Assembly (NCBI RefSeq): GCF_004010195.1
Contig: NC_057724.1
Coordinates: forward strand, 64,878,293-64,936,350
Length of the DNA stretch: 58,058 nt
Reading direction: 5' to 3'
From: Chiloscyllium plagiosum
Lineage: Eukaryota
Notes under the pieces: model-generated
What the model was told of the DNA's origin: nothing
Seen by the model: the letters and a program-made list of their open reading frames with translations, nothing else
The model's database searches: none
Shown here: positions 1-13,681 of the stretch, one piece after another
Layout: every line of letters begins with the position of its first letter
Numbering within the stretch: the first letter of the stretch is position 1
Program-made: the position numbers and the translations under genes

Positions 1-112
1 TTGATTGAGACTGCACTGACAATGTTGGTGTAGAGCAGTCTGATCCAATTGCAGATTCCCTCCCCAAAGCCCATTTTGGAGAGAACATCTCTCATATACG
101 TGTATGATATCC

Positions 113-831
113 TGCAGAATGCCTCATCGCCAGACCTTTCCAACAAGCACCAAGACATGGCTTGGCTGGTGGTGAGAAGGGCTCTGCCTGTGAGATCCTT
201 TATGCACGCCCGGACTCTCAGCCGCACCACACGCTGCCCTCGAAGCGGCTGCGGGGGGGACGAGACTGTCACACACCTCCTTCTGGAATGTGCCTATGCA
301 GAGGAAGTCTGGAGGGGAATGCAGTGGTGTTTGTCGAGGTTCATCCTGAGCAGCGCCGTGACGCGGGACTTCATGCTCTACGGCCTGTTCCCCGGGATGC
401 ACACTGAGACGAACATTAACTGTGCCTGGAGGATCATTAACTCGGTGAAGGACGCTCTCTGGGCGGTCCGAAACCTGTAGATCTTCCAGCTGAAGGAGTT
501 GACCCCGACTGAGTGTTGCAGACTGGCACATTCCAAGGTCCAGGACTACGTGTTGAGGGACGCGCTGAAGCTTGGGGCAACTGCCGCCAAGGCGCAATGG
601 GGAAAGACCACCGTGTAACATCTGCCTGCCTAAAGAAGAACAGGGGGCCCGCGCAGTCATTTGGGCTCTGCTGACGCCTCAGCTAAAAACGTAATCGTAC
701 AGACCTGTAAATAGGAATGATTACTCTGTTTCGGCATGCAAGGAAATGGAATGTTTACATATATATGGCATGTCCAGTTGTATAGATCAAAGTATTTATG
801 AATAAAGTATATTTTTGAAATAAAAAAAAAA
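113..831 (+). mobile_element. 5'-truncated Tx1-clade (L1 superfamily) non-LTR retrotransposon: ORF2 C-terminal CCHC zinc finger, 3' UTR and A tail
   Basis: Translation contains CPRSGCGGDETVTHLLLEC (zf-RVT-type motif) and WRIINSVKDALW. Internal stop at 478-480. Ends AATAAAGTATATTTTTGAAATAAAAAAAAAA. Confidence 0.85.
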
Positions 832-1036
832 GGACAAACCCAGCAAAGTTGGCATCTGTGGCAAGAGGAGTGCCCTTCCGATGCCTCAAATGTATGTACA
901 TAGTCTTGTATAAGGAAGAAATACTTTGGGCTTGTTTATTCTCTAGATGTAAAGACCGCACGGAATCAAAGTGCTTACTGACCATGTATATAAAGTTTTT
1001 TTATGAATAAAGTACATTTTTGAAATTTAAAAAGAA
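832..1036 (+). mobile_element. Second Tx1-type 3' end directly after the first
   Basis: Ends TTTTATGAATAAAGTACATTTTTGAAATTTAAAAAG, the same terminal signature as 795-831. The body differs from the first copy. Confidence 0.55.
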
Positions 1037-1289
1037 AATCAGTTGCAGGAGGAAATCCTCAACATTGCATCCTCTGAATTCTCATGGCACCAGGGCAAGG
1101 AAATCTCCTGCTGACTATCATGTACCACAGGCCCTCAGCTAATGAATCATTGTTTTTTTCAAAATTTCAAAAATAAATAAATTGGAAAGGGACTAGGATT
1201 TCCAACAGGAATTTCACAACAGAACTGAATGGCTGATCCCCTAAAATTAACACAATTTGACAATTAGCAACACAACATTTTCAAACCGT

Positions 1290-4200
1290 TATGGAAAAGG
1301 ATAGGCCTGGTGCACAAGTTAAAGTTTAAATTGCAGCAAGGCCAATTTTGATGGTATTAGGTTGATTGAGGAGGCTGTTCACAGGTAAAGGGATGCCTGG
1401 CAAGTGAGAGGCTTTCGAAAGTGAGATAATGAGAGTTCAGGGAAAGCATTTTCCTGTTAGTGTGAAGGGCAAGGTGGCAGGAGTGGGGAACACTGGATTA
1501 CTATAGATATTGAGGCTCTGGTCAAGAAAAAGAACAAAATGCATCAGATATTTGTATCATCGATAGTTACAGGTGAGGTACCGAAAGAGTGGAGGTAGGC
1601 TAACATGGTACCACTATTTAAGAAAGGTGGTGAACAAAAGCCAGGGAACTATAGACCAGTGAGCCTGACATCAGTGGTGGGCAAGTTGTTAAAGGGAATC
1701 CTGAGGAACAGGATTTACACATATTTGGAAACGCAAGGACTGATCAGGGGCAGTCAGAATGGCTTTGTGCATGGGAAATCATGTCTCACAAACTATGTCA
1801 GGTATAGATAGGATAGATCAAGTGAATCCTTAGAAGAGTATAAAGAAAGTAGGAGTATACTTAAGAGGGAAATCAGGAGGGCAAAACGAGGACATGAGAT
1901 AACTTTGGCAAATAGAATTAAGGAGAATCCAAAGGGATTTTACAAATATATTAAGGACAAAAGGGTAACTAGGGAGAGAATAGGGCCCCTCAAACATCAG
2001 CAAGGCAGCCTTTGTGTGGAGCCACAGAAAATGGGGGAGATGCTAAATGAATATTTTGCATCAGTATTTACTGTGGGAAAGGACATGGAAGATATAGACA
2101 GTAGGGAAATAAATAGTAACATCTTGAAAAATGTCCATATTACAGATGTGTAATACAGAAGTGCTGGATGTCTTGAAACACATGAAGGTGGATAAATCCC
2201 CAGGACCTGATCAGGTGTACCNNNNNNNNNNNNNNNNNNNNNNNNNNNNNNNNNNNNNNNNNNNNNNNNNNNNNNNNNNNNNNNNNNNNNNNNNNNNNNN
2301 NNNNNNNNNNNNNNNNNNNNNNNNNNNNNNNNNNNNNNNNNNNNNNNNNNNNNNNNNNNNNNNNNNNNNNNNNNNNNNNNNNNNNNNNNNNNNNNNNNNN
2401 NNNNNNNNNNNNNNNNNNNNNNNNNNNNNNNNNNNNNNNNNNNNNNNNNNNNNNNNNNNNNNNNNNNNNNNNNNNNNNNNNNNNNNNNNNNNNNNNNNNN
2501 NNNNNNNNNNNNNNNNNNNNNNNNNNNNNNNNNNNNNNNNNNNNNNNNNNNNNNNNNNNNNNNNNNNNNNNNNNNNNNNNNNNNNNNNNNNNNNNNNNNN
2601 NNNNNNNNNNNNNNNNNNNNNNNNNNNNNNNNNNNNNNNNNNNNNNNNNNNNNNNNNNNNNNNNNNNNNNNNNNNNNNNNNNNNNNNNNNNNNNNNNNNN
2701 NNNNNNNNNNNNNNNNNNNNNNNNNNNNNNNNNNNNNNNNNNNNNNNNNNNNNNNNNNNNNNNNNNNNNNNNNNNNNNNNNNNNNNNNNNNNNNNNNNNN
2801 NNNNNNNNNNNNNNNNNNNNNNNNNATAGGATAAATAGGCAAAGTCTTTTCCCTGGGGTCAGGGAGTCCAGAACTAGAGGGCATAGGTTTAGGGTGAGAT
2901 GGGGTAAAGATATAAATGAGACCTAAGGGGCAACTTTTTCACGCAGAGGGTGGTACATGTATGGAATGAGCTGCCAGAGGATGTGGTGGAGGCTGGTACA
3001 ATTGCAACAGTTAAGAGGCATTTGGATGGGTATATAAATAGGTAGGGTTTGGAGGGACATGGGACAGGTGCTGGCAGGTGGGACTAGATTGGGTTGGGAT
3101 ATCTGGCCGGCATGGATGGGTTGGACTGAAGGGTCTGTTTCCATGCTGTGCATCTCTCTGACTCTAAACTTGATTGAGTTTTTTTGAAGAAATAAAAAAA
3201 GAGAATTGCTGAGGGCAGAGCAGTAGACGTGATCGATATGGACTTCAGTAAAGCGTTTGACAAGGCTCCCCATGGGAGACTGATTAGCAAGGTTAGATCT
3301 CATGGAATACATGAAGAACTAGCCATGTTCTGGATACTGAACTGGTTCGAAGGTCGAAGACAGAGGGTGGTGGTGGTGGGTTGCTTTTCAGATTGGAGGC
3401 CTCTGACCAACGGAGTGCCACAAGGATCGGTGAGGGGTCCACTACTTTTTGTCATTTATATCGTCAATTTGGATGTGAACATAGGAGGTATAGTTAGTAA
3501 GTTTGCAGTCCCACCAAAATTAGAGGTGTAGTGGACAGCGAAGAAGATTACCTCAGATTACAACAGGATCTTGATCAGGTGGGCCAATGGGCTGAGAAGT
3601 GGCAGATGAAGTTTAATTCAGATAAATGCGAGGTGCTGCATTCTGGAAAAGCAAATCAGAGCAGGATGTATACACTTAATGGTAAGGTCCTAGAGAGTGT
3701 TGCTGAACAAAGACCATGGAGTGCAGGTTCATAGCTCCTTGAAAGTGGAGTCACAGGTGGATAGAATAGTGAAGGTGATGTTTGGTTTGCTTTCCTTTAT
3801 TGGTCAGAGTATTGAGTACAGGAGTTGGGAGGCATGTTGCGGCTGTACAGGACATTGGTTAGGCCACCATTGGAATATTGCGTGCAATTCTGGTCTCCTT
3901 CCTATCGGAAAGATGTTGTGAAACTTGAAAGGGTTCAGAAAAGATTTACAAGGATGTTGCCAGGGTTGGAGGATCTGAGCTATAGGGAGAGGCTGAAAAT
4001 GCTGGGGCTATTTTCCCTGAAGCATCAGAAGCTGAGGGATGACCTTAGAGGTTTATAAAATCATGAGGGGCATGGATAGGATAAATAGACAAGGTATTTT
4101 CCCTGCGGAGGCGGGGGGGGGGGGGGGGGGGCGTGGGCAGGGGATGGAGTTCAGAACTAGAGGGCGTAGGTTTAAGGTGAAAGGAGAGAGAGATACAAAA

Positions 4201-4447
4201 GGGACTTCAGGAGCAACCTTTTCAGGCAGAGGGTGTTACGAGTACGGAATGAGCTGCCAGAGGAAATGGTGGAGGCTGGTACAATTACAGCATTTAAAAG
4301 GCAGCTGGAAGGTATCTGAATACGAAGGGCTTGGAGGGATATGGGCCAAGTGCTGGCAAATGGGACTAGATTAGGTTAGGGTATCTGGTCGGCGTGAATA
4401 AGTTGGATGCAAGGGTCTGATTTCATGTTGTACATCTCTATGACTCT
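1290..4447 (+). mobile_element. Nested, decayed CR1-clade LINE ORF2 fragments with 3' ends
   Basis: Motifs PGNYRPVSLTS, DFSKAFDKAPH, GVPQGSV, LEYCVQFWSP. 3' tails (ACTCTATG-like) at ~3165 and ~4445. Frameshifts and stops throughout. Confidence 0.9.
2222..2825. other. Assembly gap
   Basis: Run of N inside a CR1 copy. Confidence 1.
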
Positions 4448-4449
4448 AT

Positions 4450-6430
4450 ATAGACAGCTGGGATCAAACAAATTCCTTGAGGAATATACACTTGAGAAGA
4501 AATCCAGGAGGACAAAAAAGGGACATGAGATAGCTTTGGCAGATAGACTAAGGAGAATCTAAAGATTCTACGAGTATTTAGGGGCAAAATTATAACTAAG
4601 GACAGAATAGGCCCTTTAAAGATCAATGAAGCCACCTACGTGTGGAACCTCAGGGGATTGGTGAGATCCTTAAATATTTTGTGTCAGTTTTTACTCTGAA
4701 GAAAGACATGGAAACTAAGAACTCAGAAAAATAGTGACATCTTGAAAAAAGTCCATGTAACAAAAGTGGACGTGTTTCAGACAAAGGTAGATACATCCCT
4801 GGGGCCTGATCAAGTATTTACCAGGACATCGTGGAAAGCTAAGGAAGAAATTGCAGGGCTACTAGCAGAGATATCTGTGTAATCGACAGCCACAGATGGG
4901 CTGCCACAAGACTGGAGGGTGGCTAATGTTGTGCTATTATTTAAGAAAGGCTGCAAGAAAAGCCAGGGACCTACAGACTGATAAGCCAGACAATCGTGGG
5001 TAATTTGCTGGAGGGGATTCTGAGGGTTAGGATTTACATGCATTTGGAAAGGCAAGGACTGATTAGGGAAAGTCAGCATAGTTTTATGAGTGGAAAATCA
5101 TGTCTCACAAACTTGATTGAGTTTTTTGAAGAGGTAACCAAGAAGATAGGTGAATGCAGAGCAATAGACATTGTCTACATGGACTTCAGCAAGTCCTTTG
5201 ACAGGGTTAGTAAGGTTAGATTACATGGGATCCAGGACAGTGAGCCAATTGGATACAAAATTGGCTTGAAGGTGGGAGACAGACTGTGGTGGTAGAGGAT
5301 TATTGTTCAGACTGGAGACCTGCCACCAGTTGTGCGCTATAAGGATCAGTGCTGGGATCCACAGTTGTTCATTTATATTCACAACCAATTCATTTCTATA
5401 AAAGGTATGGTTAGCAAGTTTGTGGATGACACCAAAATTGGTGGTATAGTGGACAGTGAAAGGTGGTTATTTAAGAGTACAACAGGATCTTTATCAGCTG
5501 GGTCAATGGGTTAAGGAATGGCAAGTGGAACTTAATTTAGATAAATGCGAGGTGTTGCATTTTGATAAGACAAGTGAAGGCAGGACTTACACAATTAATA
5601 GTAGGGCCCTGTGCAGTGGTGTTGAACAGAGAGATCTAGGGGTGCAGGTACAGAGTTCTTTGAAAGTAGTGTCACAGGTAGACAGAGTGAAGGAGGTAGT
5701 GCTTGGCATGCTTGCCTGCATCGGTCAGAGCACTGAGTACAGGAGTTAGGCTGTCATGTTATGACTGTACAGGACATTGGTAAGGCCACATTTGAAGTAT
5801 TGTATACAATTCTGGTTGCTCTGCTATAGAAAGGATGCTGTTAACCTGGAACAGGTGCAGACAAGATTTACAATGATGTTACTGGAGGGTTGGCATTATA
5901 GGGAGAGGCTAGGACGTTTTTCCTTGGAGTGTAGGAGGCTGAGGGGTGAACTTATATACAGGTACATGGATAAGGTGAATAGTCAAGGTCTTTTCACAAG
6001 AATGGGGGAATTCAAAATTAGAGGACGTAGATTGAAGGGGAGAGTGGAAAGATTTACCTTGGATCTGAGCAACTTTTTCCACAGAGGGTAGTGCACGTGT
6101 GGAATGAGCTGCAGATAATGGGAGTGATGGGTGGGGGTGGGGGCAGCAGGATGGTAAAGACAGACCTGATTGGTCAATGAGAGGAATGAATCTGGTTGGT
6201 GGCTGGGAGGAGTGGAAGGGACTGGGATGTGAGGCTATTTGAAGGAGGGTTACACCCAAAACATCAACTTCTCCACCTCCTGATGCTGCTTGGCTTGCTG
6301 TGTACTTCCAACCTCCTGACTGTCTATTTTAGATTCCTGCATCTGTGGTTTTGTTTTGTCTCTAACCGTGGACAAGTTGGGCTGAAGTTTCTGTTTCTGT
6401 GCTGTACGAATGCAGAAATATGACTCTACA
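4450..6430 (+). mobile_element. Decayed CR1-clade LINE, interrupted near its 3' end (~6120-6365) by a PLE-type fragment
   Basis: KSCLTNLIEFFEEVT, YMDFSKSFDRV, SKFVDDTKIGG, RPHLKYCIQFW. Confidence 0.85.
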
Positions 6431-7377
6431 AAAGTAATTTTCTAATTCTCTTCCTGGTGTTGAAAAATCATTGAATTTCCACTGGCCTTAAACTCTGAAG
6501 AAAGCTGAATTTCTCCAAGTATAACCTCAGTTGCACCCACTTAGCCCCATTTACTTTGGCCTTGCCATTAGTTACCTAAGCACTGCAATTCACTCCTTAA
6601 AAGGTACTATGTAACTGTTACATAAAATGAAAATTGGAGGGCTCTTCTGGTGCATTGGTAGAGTCCTGACATTCTAAGCCAGAAGACACTGGTTCCCACA
6701 TGTTCCAGTATTTAATACCATGGATGGATAGGTTGATTGCAAAATATATTTTAAAAATTATGGTCAAAGAGAATAATTTGGATTTTACCAAGTGTTTTTT
6801 TTTGGGGGGGTGGGGAGGAGAGAATTTGATCACATTGTCCCAGACTGCAGGCTAACTTAATTAGTTGCATGATGTTATTTGTTGAGTTCCAACATCTCAA
6901 GGTCTCTGCTCCATCCCATCTGCCCACTGTGTGGTGGCACAGATAGATTTGCTTTGTAGCAACAGGAAGAGGGTTATTCGGCTAAAGACAGGGAGCCATT
7001 CGAGGGGTTGTGGTGTGCCCCTGCTCTATGCCAGACCAGCAGCCCCGCGCTCTCACGCAGGACCTGTCACAGCAGGAGAATGCAGAAAGCATTCGGTCCC
7101 CCCCTCCTGCCAGCGGATGTTCCATCTCCTACACAGAGCAGGCTGGCTCCAGCTCCATCTCGGGCAAGGCTTTTCTTGTGCAAATTCCCGACTGAAAATG
7201 ATCGCAAGCCATAAGACCCACTCCACCCACACGGTGTTTGTAGAAGGTTTGATGCCGTGTCCCACCCTTTTCTCCACTATCACCCTCGTTTGAAATGAAG
7301 TCGGCTGCGATCGCTTTCCCCCCCCCCCCCTCCTTCCTCCCTTCCTCCCTTGCATGTGCCTGTCGTAAAACACTCAC

Positions 7378-7531
7378 TTTTGATGGCGTTGATGAGCGAG
7401 GTGCCATCCCTGATGACTTCCTTGATGAATTTGTTCGTCCTCTCCAGCTCCTGCTCGTAAGATTTGAGCCGCTCCCTGAAATCCGGACTGTCCAGGGAGC
7501 AATCACTGAACTCCAGCGGAGGGTGGCCCAT
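7378..7531 (-). CDS. OPHN1: Oligophrenin-1 (BAR-PH-RhoGAP, GRAF family), first coding exon; the gene continues leftwards out of the window
   Basis: [51 protein letters not shown] matches the OPHN1 N-terminus as I recall it ([37 protein letters not shown]). The 154-nt coding portion is followed by a GTGAGT donor at 7377-7372. Good Kozak context (AACATGG). Confidence 0.93.
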
Positions 7532-8170
7532 GTTGGATTCGGAATCTTACACCCACTCCTTTCCTCGGTATTCTCCTTTCCAATCCACAGCTCCTCGGCT
7601 TTAACAGCCTTGTCTTAGGTTTAACGCTCAGTCCTGTCTTTTCTTGGGGTGTGCGATTACAGCTGAGTTTGTCACCGCTGATCAGCTGTTAGCGGGGCCA
7701 ATGGAAACAATGGTTGTGGTTTAATTGTTTCTCAATGTTACCAAATGTATCCTTGCTGTTTCAAGGCTGTCTCTTCCTCTGGGCGCCGGGCGCTGTAAGG
7801 GCAGCAAGCAGATGTATTTGCAGCCCTCGCCAGGTTGCCCCCTTCCCCTACCAACCACCCTCTGTCTCTATGTTGTGCTGCAGCAGCTCATCCCTAGGAT
7901 ATCACACCCACAAACGGATCGCATCACCTCCCGGGACACCCTGCAGTTTGTAGCGCTCCCGTCAGCGTCATAGCCAGAAGGGAGGAGCGGAGAGAGGAAA
8001 GGGAGGGGAGAGAGGTTGGAACTTTTAACACATACCGCACTGAGGCTTGTGATAGCTCGAACACAGAGCTTCTCTCAATCGCTTCAATTTGCAACTTAAG
8101 GCAGCTTCGACCTATGACAAAAAAGGGAGCGTTGTTTGGGGTCACGTTAATTTTCTACTTTATTCGTCGC
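7532..8170 (-). promoter_or_regulatory. Probable 5' UTR and promoter of OPHN1
   Basis: Repeat-free and relatively CpG-rich. CCAAT at ~7698, purine-rich tract at 7975-8015. No polypyrimidine/AG acceptor just upstream of the ATG. Confidence 0.5.
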
Positions 8171-8569
8171 TTGAAATTCAAATAAAACTGGAGAAACCAA
8201 CATGTGAGAGATTAAGTAAAAGGTTCGAAATTGGTAAACAGTGAGTGTGTCGAGTGCAGGGGAGTCCCATCCTGGATAAGCTCGTTCACAGCAAAGGGGT
8301 GACTTTACTTATTAGTATTGCTTACTTTGCTTCATGTTGCTTACTAGTATTGGCGAAGTTAGCGTTTTAGACTTTTGGGCACAGTGTCGTGTTTGGCAAA
8401 TGATGACAGGGTTTCATTATTTCCAGGCTTAAAACCATTAGCTGTGTGACGCTTTAACATTCTCTCCTTGTCCCCAGGTTTTATACACACAGATACATCA
8501 CACAAACAGACCAGATGCCAAATGTTACTCCAACACTAATATTCTTCCAAGAGCATTACAGCTTTTTAC

Positions 8570-10120
8570 AGCACAGAAGAATGGCCTTTGGCCCATTGTA
8601 TCCATGCCAATCAGTTAATATCTCTGTATTCTAACCCCATGTTCCAGCACATGGCCCAAAGCTTTCTATGCTATGACATTTCAAGTGTTTATCTTAATAG
8701 TTCTTAAATTTCTTCAGGGCTCCTGTCTCTATTGTCCTTTAAGGCAGTGACTTCACAACCAACTGAGTGAAAATGAATCCCTAAAATCCCTTGGGCTCCT
8801 TATATTAAACCATGCCCTGTGATTATTAACCCCTCTACTAAAGGAGAAAAGTTCCCCATCTACTCAGTCTATGCCCCTCAGAACTTTGTATGGCTTGATT
8901 ATATCCTCCCCTCTATCTTCTCTGGTCTAGAAAAACACAATCCCAGCCTTGAAATGCAGCAGGTCTGGCAGTGTGTGTAGACAGAAAAACAAAGTTAACC
9001 TTGAGGCCAGAACTGGTAATTTCTTTCAGCACCCTCTAATGCAATCCCATCTTTCCTGTCATGTGGTAACCAAAGCTCCACAGAATATTCCAACTGTGGC
9101 CTCACTAACATCATCTACAAGTCCATCACGGGCAGCACGGTGGCACAGTGGTTAGCACTGCTGCCTCACAGCGCCAGAGACCCGGGTTCAATTCCCGCCT
9201 CAGGCGACTGACTGTGTGGAGTTTGCACGTTCTCCCCGTGTCTGCGTGGGTTTCCTCCGGGTGCTCCGGTTTCCTCCCACAGTCCAAAGATGTGCAGGGT
9301 CAGGTGAATTGGCCATACTAAATTGCCCGTAGTGTCAGGTAAGGGGTAAATGTAGGGGTATGGGTGGGTTTCGCTTCGGCGGGTCGGTGTGGACTTGTTG
9401 GGCCGAAGGGCCTGTTTCCACACTGTAATCTAATCTAATCTAATCTAATAACTTCCCTGATCTTGTATTCAATGCCTTGCCTAATAAAAGCAAGTATCCC
9501 ATGTGCCTTCTTAATTACTTTATCTACCTATCCTGCTGTTTTCAAGGATCTGTGGACGTGCACACCAAGGTCCCTCTGATTCTCTGTACTTTCCAGGGTC
9601 TAACTAAACAATGTGTACTCCCTTGCCTTGTTAAAAAGTCAACACCTCACACTTTTCAGGATTAAATTCCATTTGCCACTCTTCAGCCCATCTGTCCAGC
9701 CCATCTATATCATCTTGTAGCACAAGGCTTTCCGTGTTGCTATTTACCACACTATCAATCTTTGTACCATCTGCAAACTTACCGATCATACCTCCTACAC
9801 TCATTTGAGATCATTAAATGTACACACAAATGGCAAGGGGCCCACTACTAGACATTACCTTCCAGTCATAAAAAATACCCTGTGATCATCACTTTCTGCT
9901 CCTTGCCACTAAGCTTATTTTAGATACAATTTACCTAATTGCCAGACATCCCATGGACTCTTAGCTTTTTAACGGGTCAGCCATGTAGTACCTTACCAAA
10001 GGGCATTACTGAAGTCCATATAGACTACATCCACCACGTTTCCCTCATCTACACACCAAGTCACCTCCTCAAAAATTCTTTCAAATTTATTAAACATGAG
10101 TCCTTTCGTCATAAAAATAA
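8570..10120 (-). mobile_element. Decayed CR1-clade LINE containing a SINE
   Basis: Reverse-strand CR1 RT-like text (AAGTCCATATAGAC, CATCTGCAAACTT) with a 3' end near 8570. Confidence 0.7.
9131..9449 (+). mobile_element. Near-intact tRNA-derived SINE (HE1-like shark SINE)
   Basis: A box TGGCACAGTGG, B box GGTTCAATTCC, CR1-like tail GGGCCGAAGGGCCTGTTTCC, (CTAAT)n terminus. Confidence 0.9.
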
Positions 10121-12224
10121 ATGACCCCCTCCAATTTTCCCCTTTATTCTGCCATGGGATTAGAACATCGAGGTAAAACCAGCATTAGTTTTCCATCTCT
10201 AATTGCCCTTACAGAATGACTTGTCAGGTCATTTCAAAGTTAAGAATCAATCACATTGCTGTAAGTCTAAAATCACACATAGGCTCGACTGGGTGAAGAA
10301 AGCAAGTTTCCTTCCCAGAGGACATTATTGCACATAATGCGTGTTTATGGGAATCAGGGACAGTTTAAGTCATAGAGTTTTTACAGGATGGGAGAGAGGT
10401 CCTTCAGCCCAATGTTTCCATGCTAGTCATCAAACATCTATTCTAGTCTCACAGTTCTCAGTCTTAATTACCAAGATGAGCTTTATATCCCAATTTTAAT
10501 CATTCAGCTGCTGTGGTGGGATTTGAACCCTCTCCCCAGAGCATGAGTCTGGGCTTTTCGATTACTGTTCCACTGATATTATGTCACCATCTCTTTAAGG
10601 GCAATGCTAGCAACCATCTGTGCTGCTACTGTCTGGTACTTTGGCCAAGTGATCAGTGTTCCTGTTCATCATTTGCCAGCACCCTTGGTAATTATCCAGC
10701 CATATTTTACTATCCACAGCATTCTTCCATGCCCACTCGCCTCCATGGCAAGGGTCACACTTTAATCTCTTGGTCACTGTAGGTCCACCTCTAACTGGCA
10801 CACGTGTACTTATTATAAACCATAACACCACTCCCTTCTCCAATACCACCACAGTGCCTTGTGGAATTATTCACTAATAAAGCCTGTACACGGTGCAGAA
10901 AATAATATACACAATCTGAAAAGTTTCGACACACCCCTGGGAGATTGTAGTGTGAGTTCAAGAACCACTTACACAATGCATCATAGCAGAGGCTCATTTG
11001 TTGTTACTTGACATGCAGTGCATAATTCAGAGCAGAGTTATTTCATATTGATCAGGAGCTGGAATATTGCACCAGTACTCCAGCCAACAGGCAGCTATTT
11101 GCGATGCAAAGTGATGCCAACAGCGCAGCTTCAATTCCTGCACCAGCTGAAGTTAGCATGAAGCTCCCACCTTCTGAACCTTGCCCCTTGCCTGAGGCAT
11201 GGTGACTCTCAGGTTAAACCACCACCAGTTGTCTCTCTCTGTCTCTGATAGCAGCCTATAAAAGAGCCTATGAAATAGCCTACAAAATATAATAGCATCC
11301 CAAATAAAATAAACCACAATCCTTTAAACACTCAATGACTACTTTGGAGACACAGCTTTTAAAACCAATTGATTAATGGAAATGTATGCACAGTGCATGC
11401 TGTAGGTTTTCCACACAGAGCAACAACAATATATAGCTCTACAGAGTATGGCTAATAATAGAAGCGTAAACTTCACCACAAAAGGAAATGTTTTGTCCAC
11501 CAGTCATCTGTTACACACATCAGATTTATGTCATTTCCTTGCTTTACCCCTTTTTAATTTTCTCTTTGTGTGTTTTTCTAATTCCCTCTTAAATGCAATG
11601 ATAGACATTCCAATAGCTGCACGTGTGGTAATGCAATTTACTTTCTAATAACCACATACATGTAAAAAACACTTTGAGTCTCCCTCCTTAATCTAGTAGC
11701 ACTAACATTTCAACAAGTACAAAGTGCCTATAGATCTCTCTGTCACGAAAATTGAGACCTTCCATTCAACTGCCTCAGCTGATACTTGCCTTCTCCAAAC
11801 CTACCAAAACAAGCCTTTCCATCGCCCTAACCTTGAATCCATTCCTTTTCCTACCCCTCTCTCCTCATCCCTTTATAAGCTTGCCTTGCCCATGAGACTC
11901 ACTTCCTGTTCTCTCTGTCCCATTCTCTCAACTCACTTTATTTCTTCCTGCCCCTAATGGGAGCTGGCATAGTAAATGTTTCCCTCTTTTTAGGTGCTGT
12001 TGCCTATCTTTTCGAAATTGCCACTGTCGATACTCACCTCCCTACCACAAATAAAAACATTCCGACCCTCTATCCTTTTAAATGTACACCACACTTTTCT
12101 ACTCCAAGGTCCAGCACAGTGTTTTTACCTCTCAGGTTCAATATCAAAACTTCCTGTTTGAATATCTCCAATTGGATTTTGGTCCCTGTCACTGAACTGA
12201 CATTAACAAACAAAACAGAAACCT

Positions 12225-12895
12225 AAGGGTTCAGGTACATCATTCCTTGAATTTGGCATCACATGTCGACAGGGTGATTAAGAAGGCATTTAGCACGCTT
12301 GCCTTCATTGATCAGACCTTTGATTATGAGACTTGAGACATTCATGTTGAGGTTGTGCAGGATGTTGGTTAAGCCTCTTCTGGAGTTTGGGGTCCAGTTC
12401 TTATCACTCTGTTATAGGAAGAATAGTCTTAAGCTGGAGAGGGCTCAGAAAAGATTTACTGGGATGTTGCTGAGAATGGAGGGTTTAAGTTATAAGGAGA
12501 AGCCTGGGACTTTTTTTCACTGAAGAAATAGGAGGTTGAGAGGTGACCGTACAGAAAATTCTGAGGGGTATAGATAATATGAATGGCAGGTGTCTATTCC
12601 CAAGGTAGTGAATTTCAAGGCTAGGAGGCATTTTTTCAATGTGAGAGGAGAAAGAATTTTAAAAAAGACGAGAGGCAACTTTAATACACAAAGAGTGGTT
12701 TGTATGTGGGATGAACTTCCAGAGGAAGTTGTAGTTGTGGATACAGTTATTTGATATTTGAATATGTACATGAATAAGAAATGTTTGGAGGATATGGGCC
12801 AAGTGCAGTTAGATGAGACTAGATTAGTTTTGGATTATCATCGGCATGGACAGGTTGGACTGAATGATCTGTTTCTGTGCTGTTTGACTCTATGA
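12225..12895 (+). mobile_element. CR1-clade LINE 3' fragment
   Basis: LVKPLLEFGVQF, KLERAQKRFTGML; ends TGACTCTATGA. Confidence 0.85.
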
Positions 12896-13167
12896 ATCAA
12901 TAACTCTTTTTCCAATGAGAACAAATTATCTGTCAGCAGAGGTGGCCAGTTCTGTTAGCTGCAATGCTCTAAAGCTAAAACTGTGTTAAGATTTTGTCTA
13001 AATTAATGATTAATAAAATAAGATTTTAACACATAGAAGATCCAAAAGACATGAGGCAGAGATTCTTTAATTCACTGGCATTACAGACATGAAGAGAAAT
13101 TAATGTTAAACATGGAAGCATTTACATGGAACAAAGCCTGTGGTTTAAATTGGGTTGAGGAACTAGT

Positions 13168-13450
13168 GGGGCAGCACAGTGGCTCAGTGGTTAGCACTGC
13201 TGCCTTACAGCACCAGGGACCCAGGTTCGATTCCAGCCTTGGGTGCCTGTCTGTGTGGCGTTTTCACATTGTCTGCGTGGGTTTCCTCTGGGTGCTTTGG
13301 TTTCCTCCCACAGTCCAAAGATGAGCTGGCCAGGTGAATTGGCCATTCTAAATTGCCCATAGTGTTAGGTGCTTTAGTCAGAGGGAAATAGGTCTGTGTG
13401 GACATGTTAGGCCAAAGAGTCTGTTTCTACACTGTAGGTAACCTAATCTA
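13168..13450 (+). mobile_element. tRNA-derived SINE (same family as 9131-9449)
   Basis: GGCAGCACAGTGGCTCAGTGGTTAGCACTGCTGCC head, B box GGTTCGATTCC, CTAATCTAA tail. Confidence 0.88.
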
Positions 13451-13681
13451 AAACTGGGTTTTTGTCAGTCTGCTGCTTCTTCCATGTGGCCTGTTACCCC
13501 AAGACAACTTTTGTTCCAGAGACAGTGAATTTGACTGCTCCAGCTATCCTTCCTCTCCTTCGCTGCCTACCTGGAGAAGGTCCCAGTTCCTCTGCTTGGT
13601 ATCTTCCATCACTGTTCCCACTTGCTGTTGGAGGTTATGTTACATCCTTGCTTAAAACTTGCTGATCTTGCAACTGTAAAT

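Noticed and set aside
113-135. Both Tx1 copies seem to start at AGAAT(G/A)CCTCATCGCC
   Set aside because: In the second copy ORF2 continues beyond the inverted insert (21157-21249), so it is not a shared 5' truncation; two cases may be coincidence.
1997-2884. Long ORFs spanning the N runs (also 48191-48851)
   Set aside because: Artefacts of translating assembly gaps; the flanks are CR1 sequence.
4111-4133. Poly-G/C runs (also 7318-7330, 54106-54125, 55051-55064) as G-quadruplex elements
   Set aside because: Simple homopolymers, prone to slippage and sequencing error; nothing else supports a function.
6931-7377. Cluster of overlapping 60-125-aa ORFs next to the OPHN1 exon
   Set aside because: GC-rich start of the OPHN1 intron; no recognisable protein, and the frame after the GTGAGT donor is intronic.
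9131-9210. tRNA-like heads here and at 13168, 39478, 39937
   Set aside because: They continue into SINE bodies and tails, so they are not tRNA genes.
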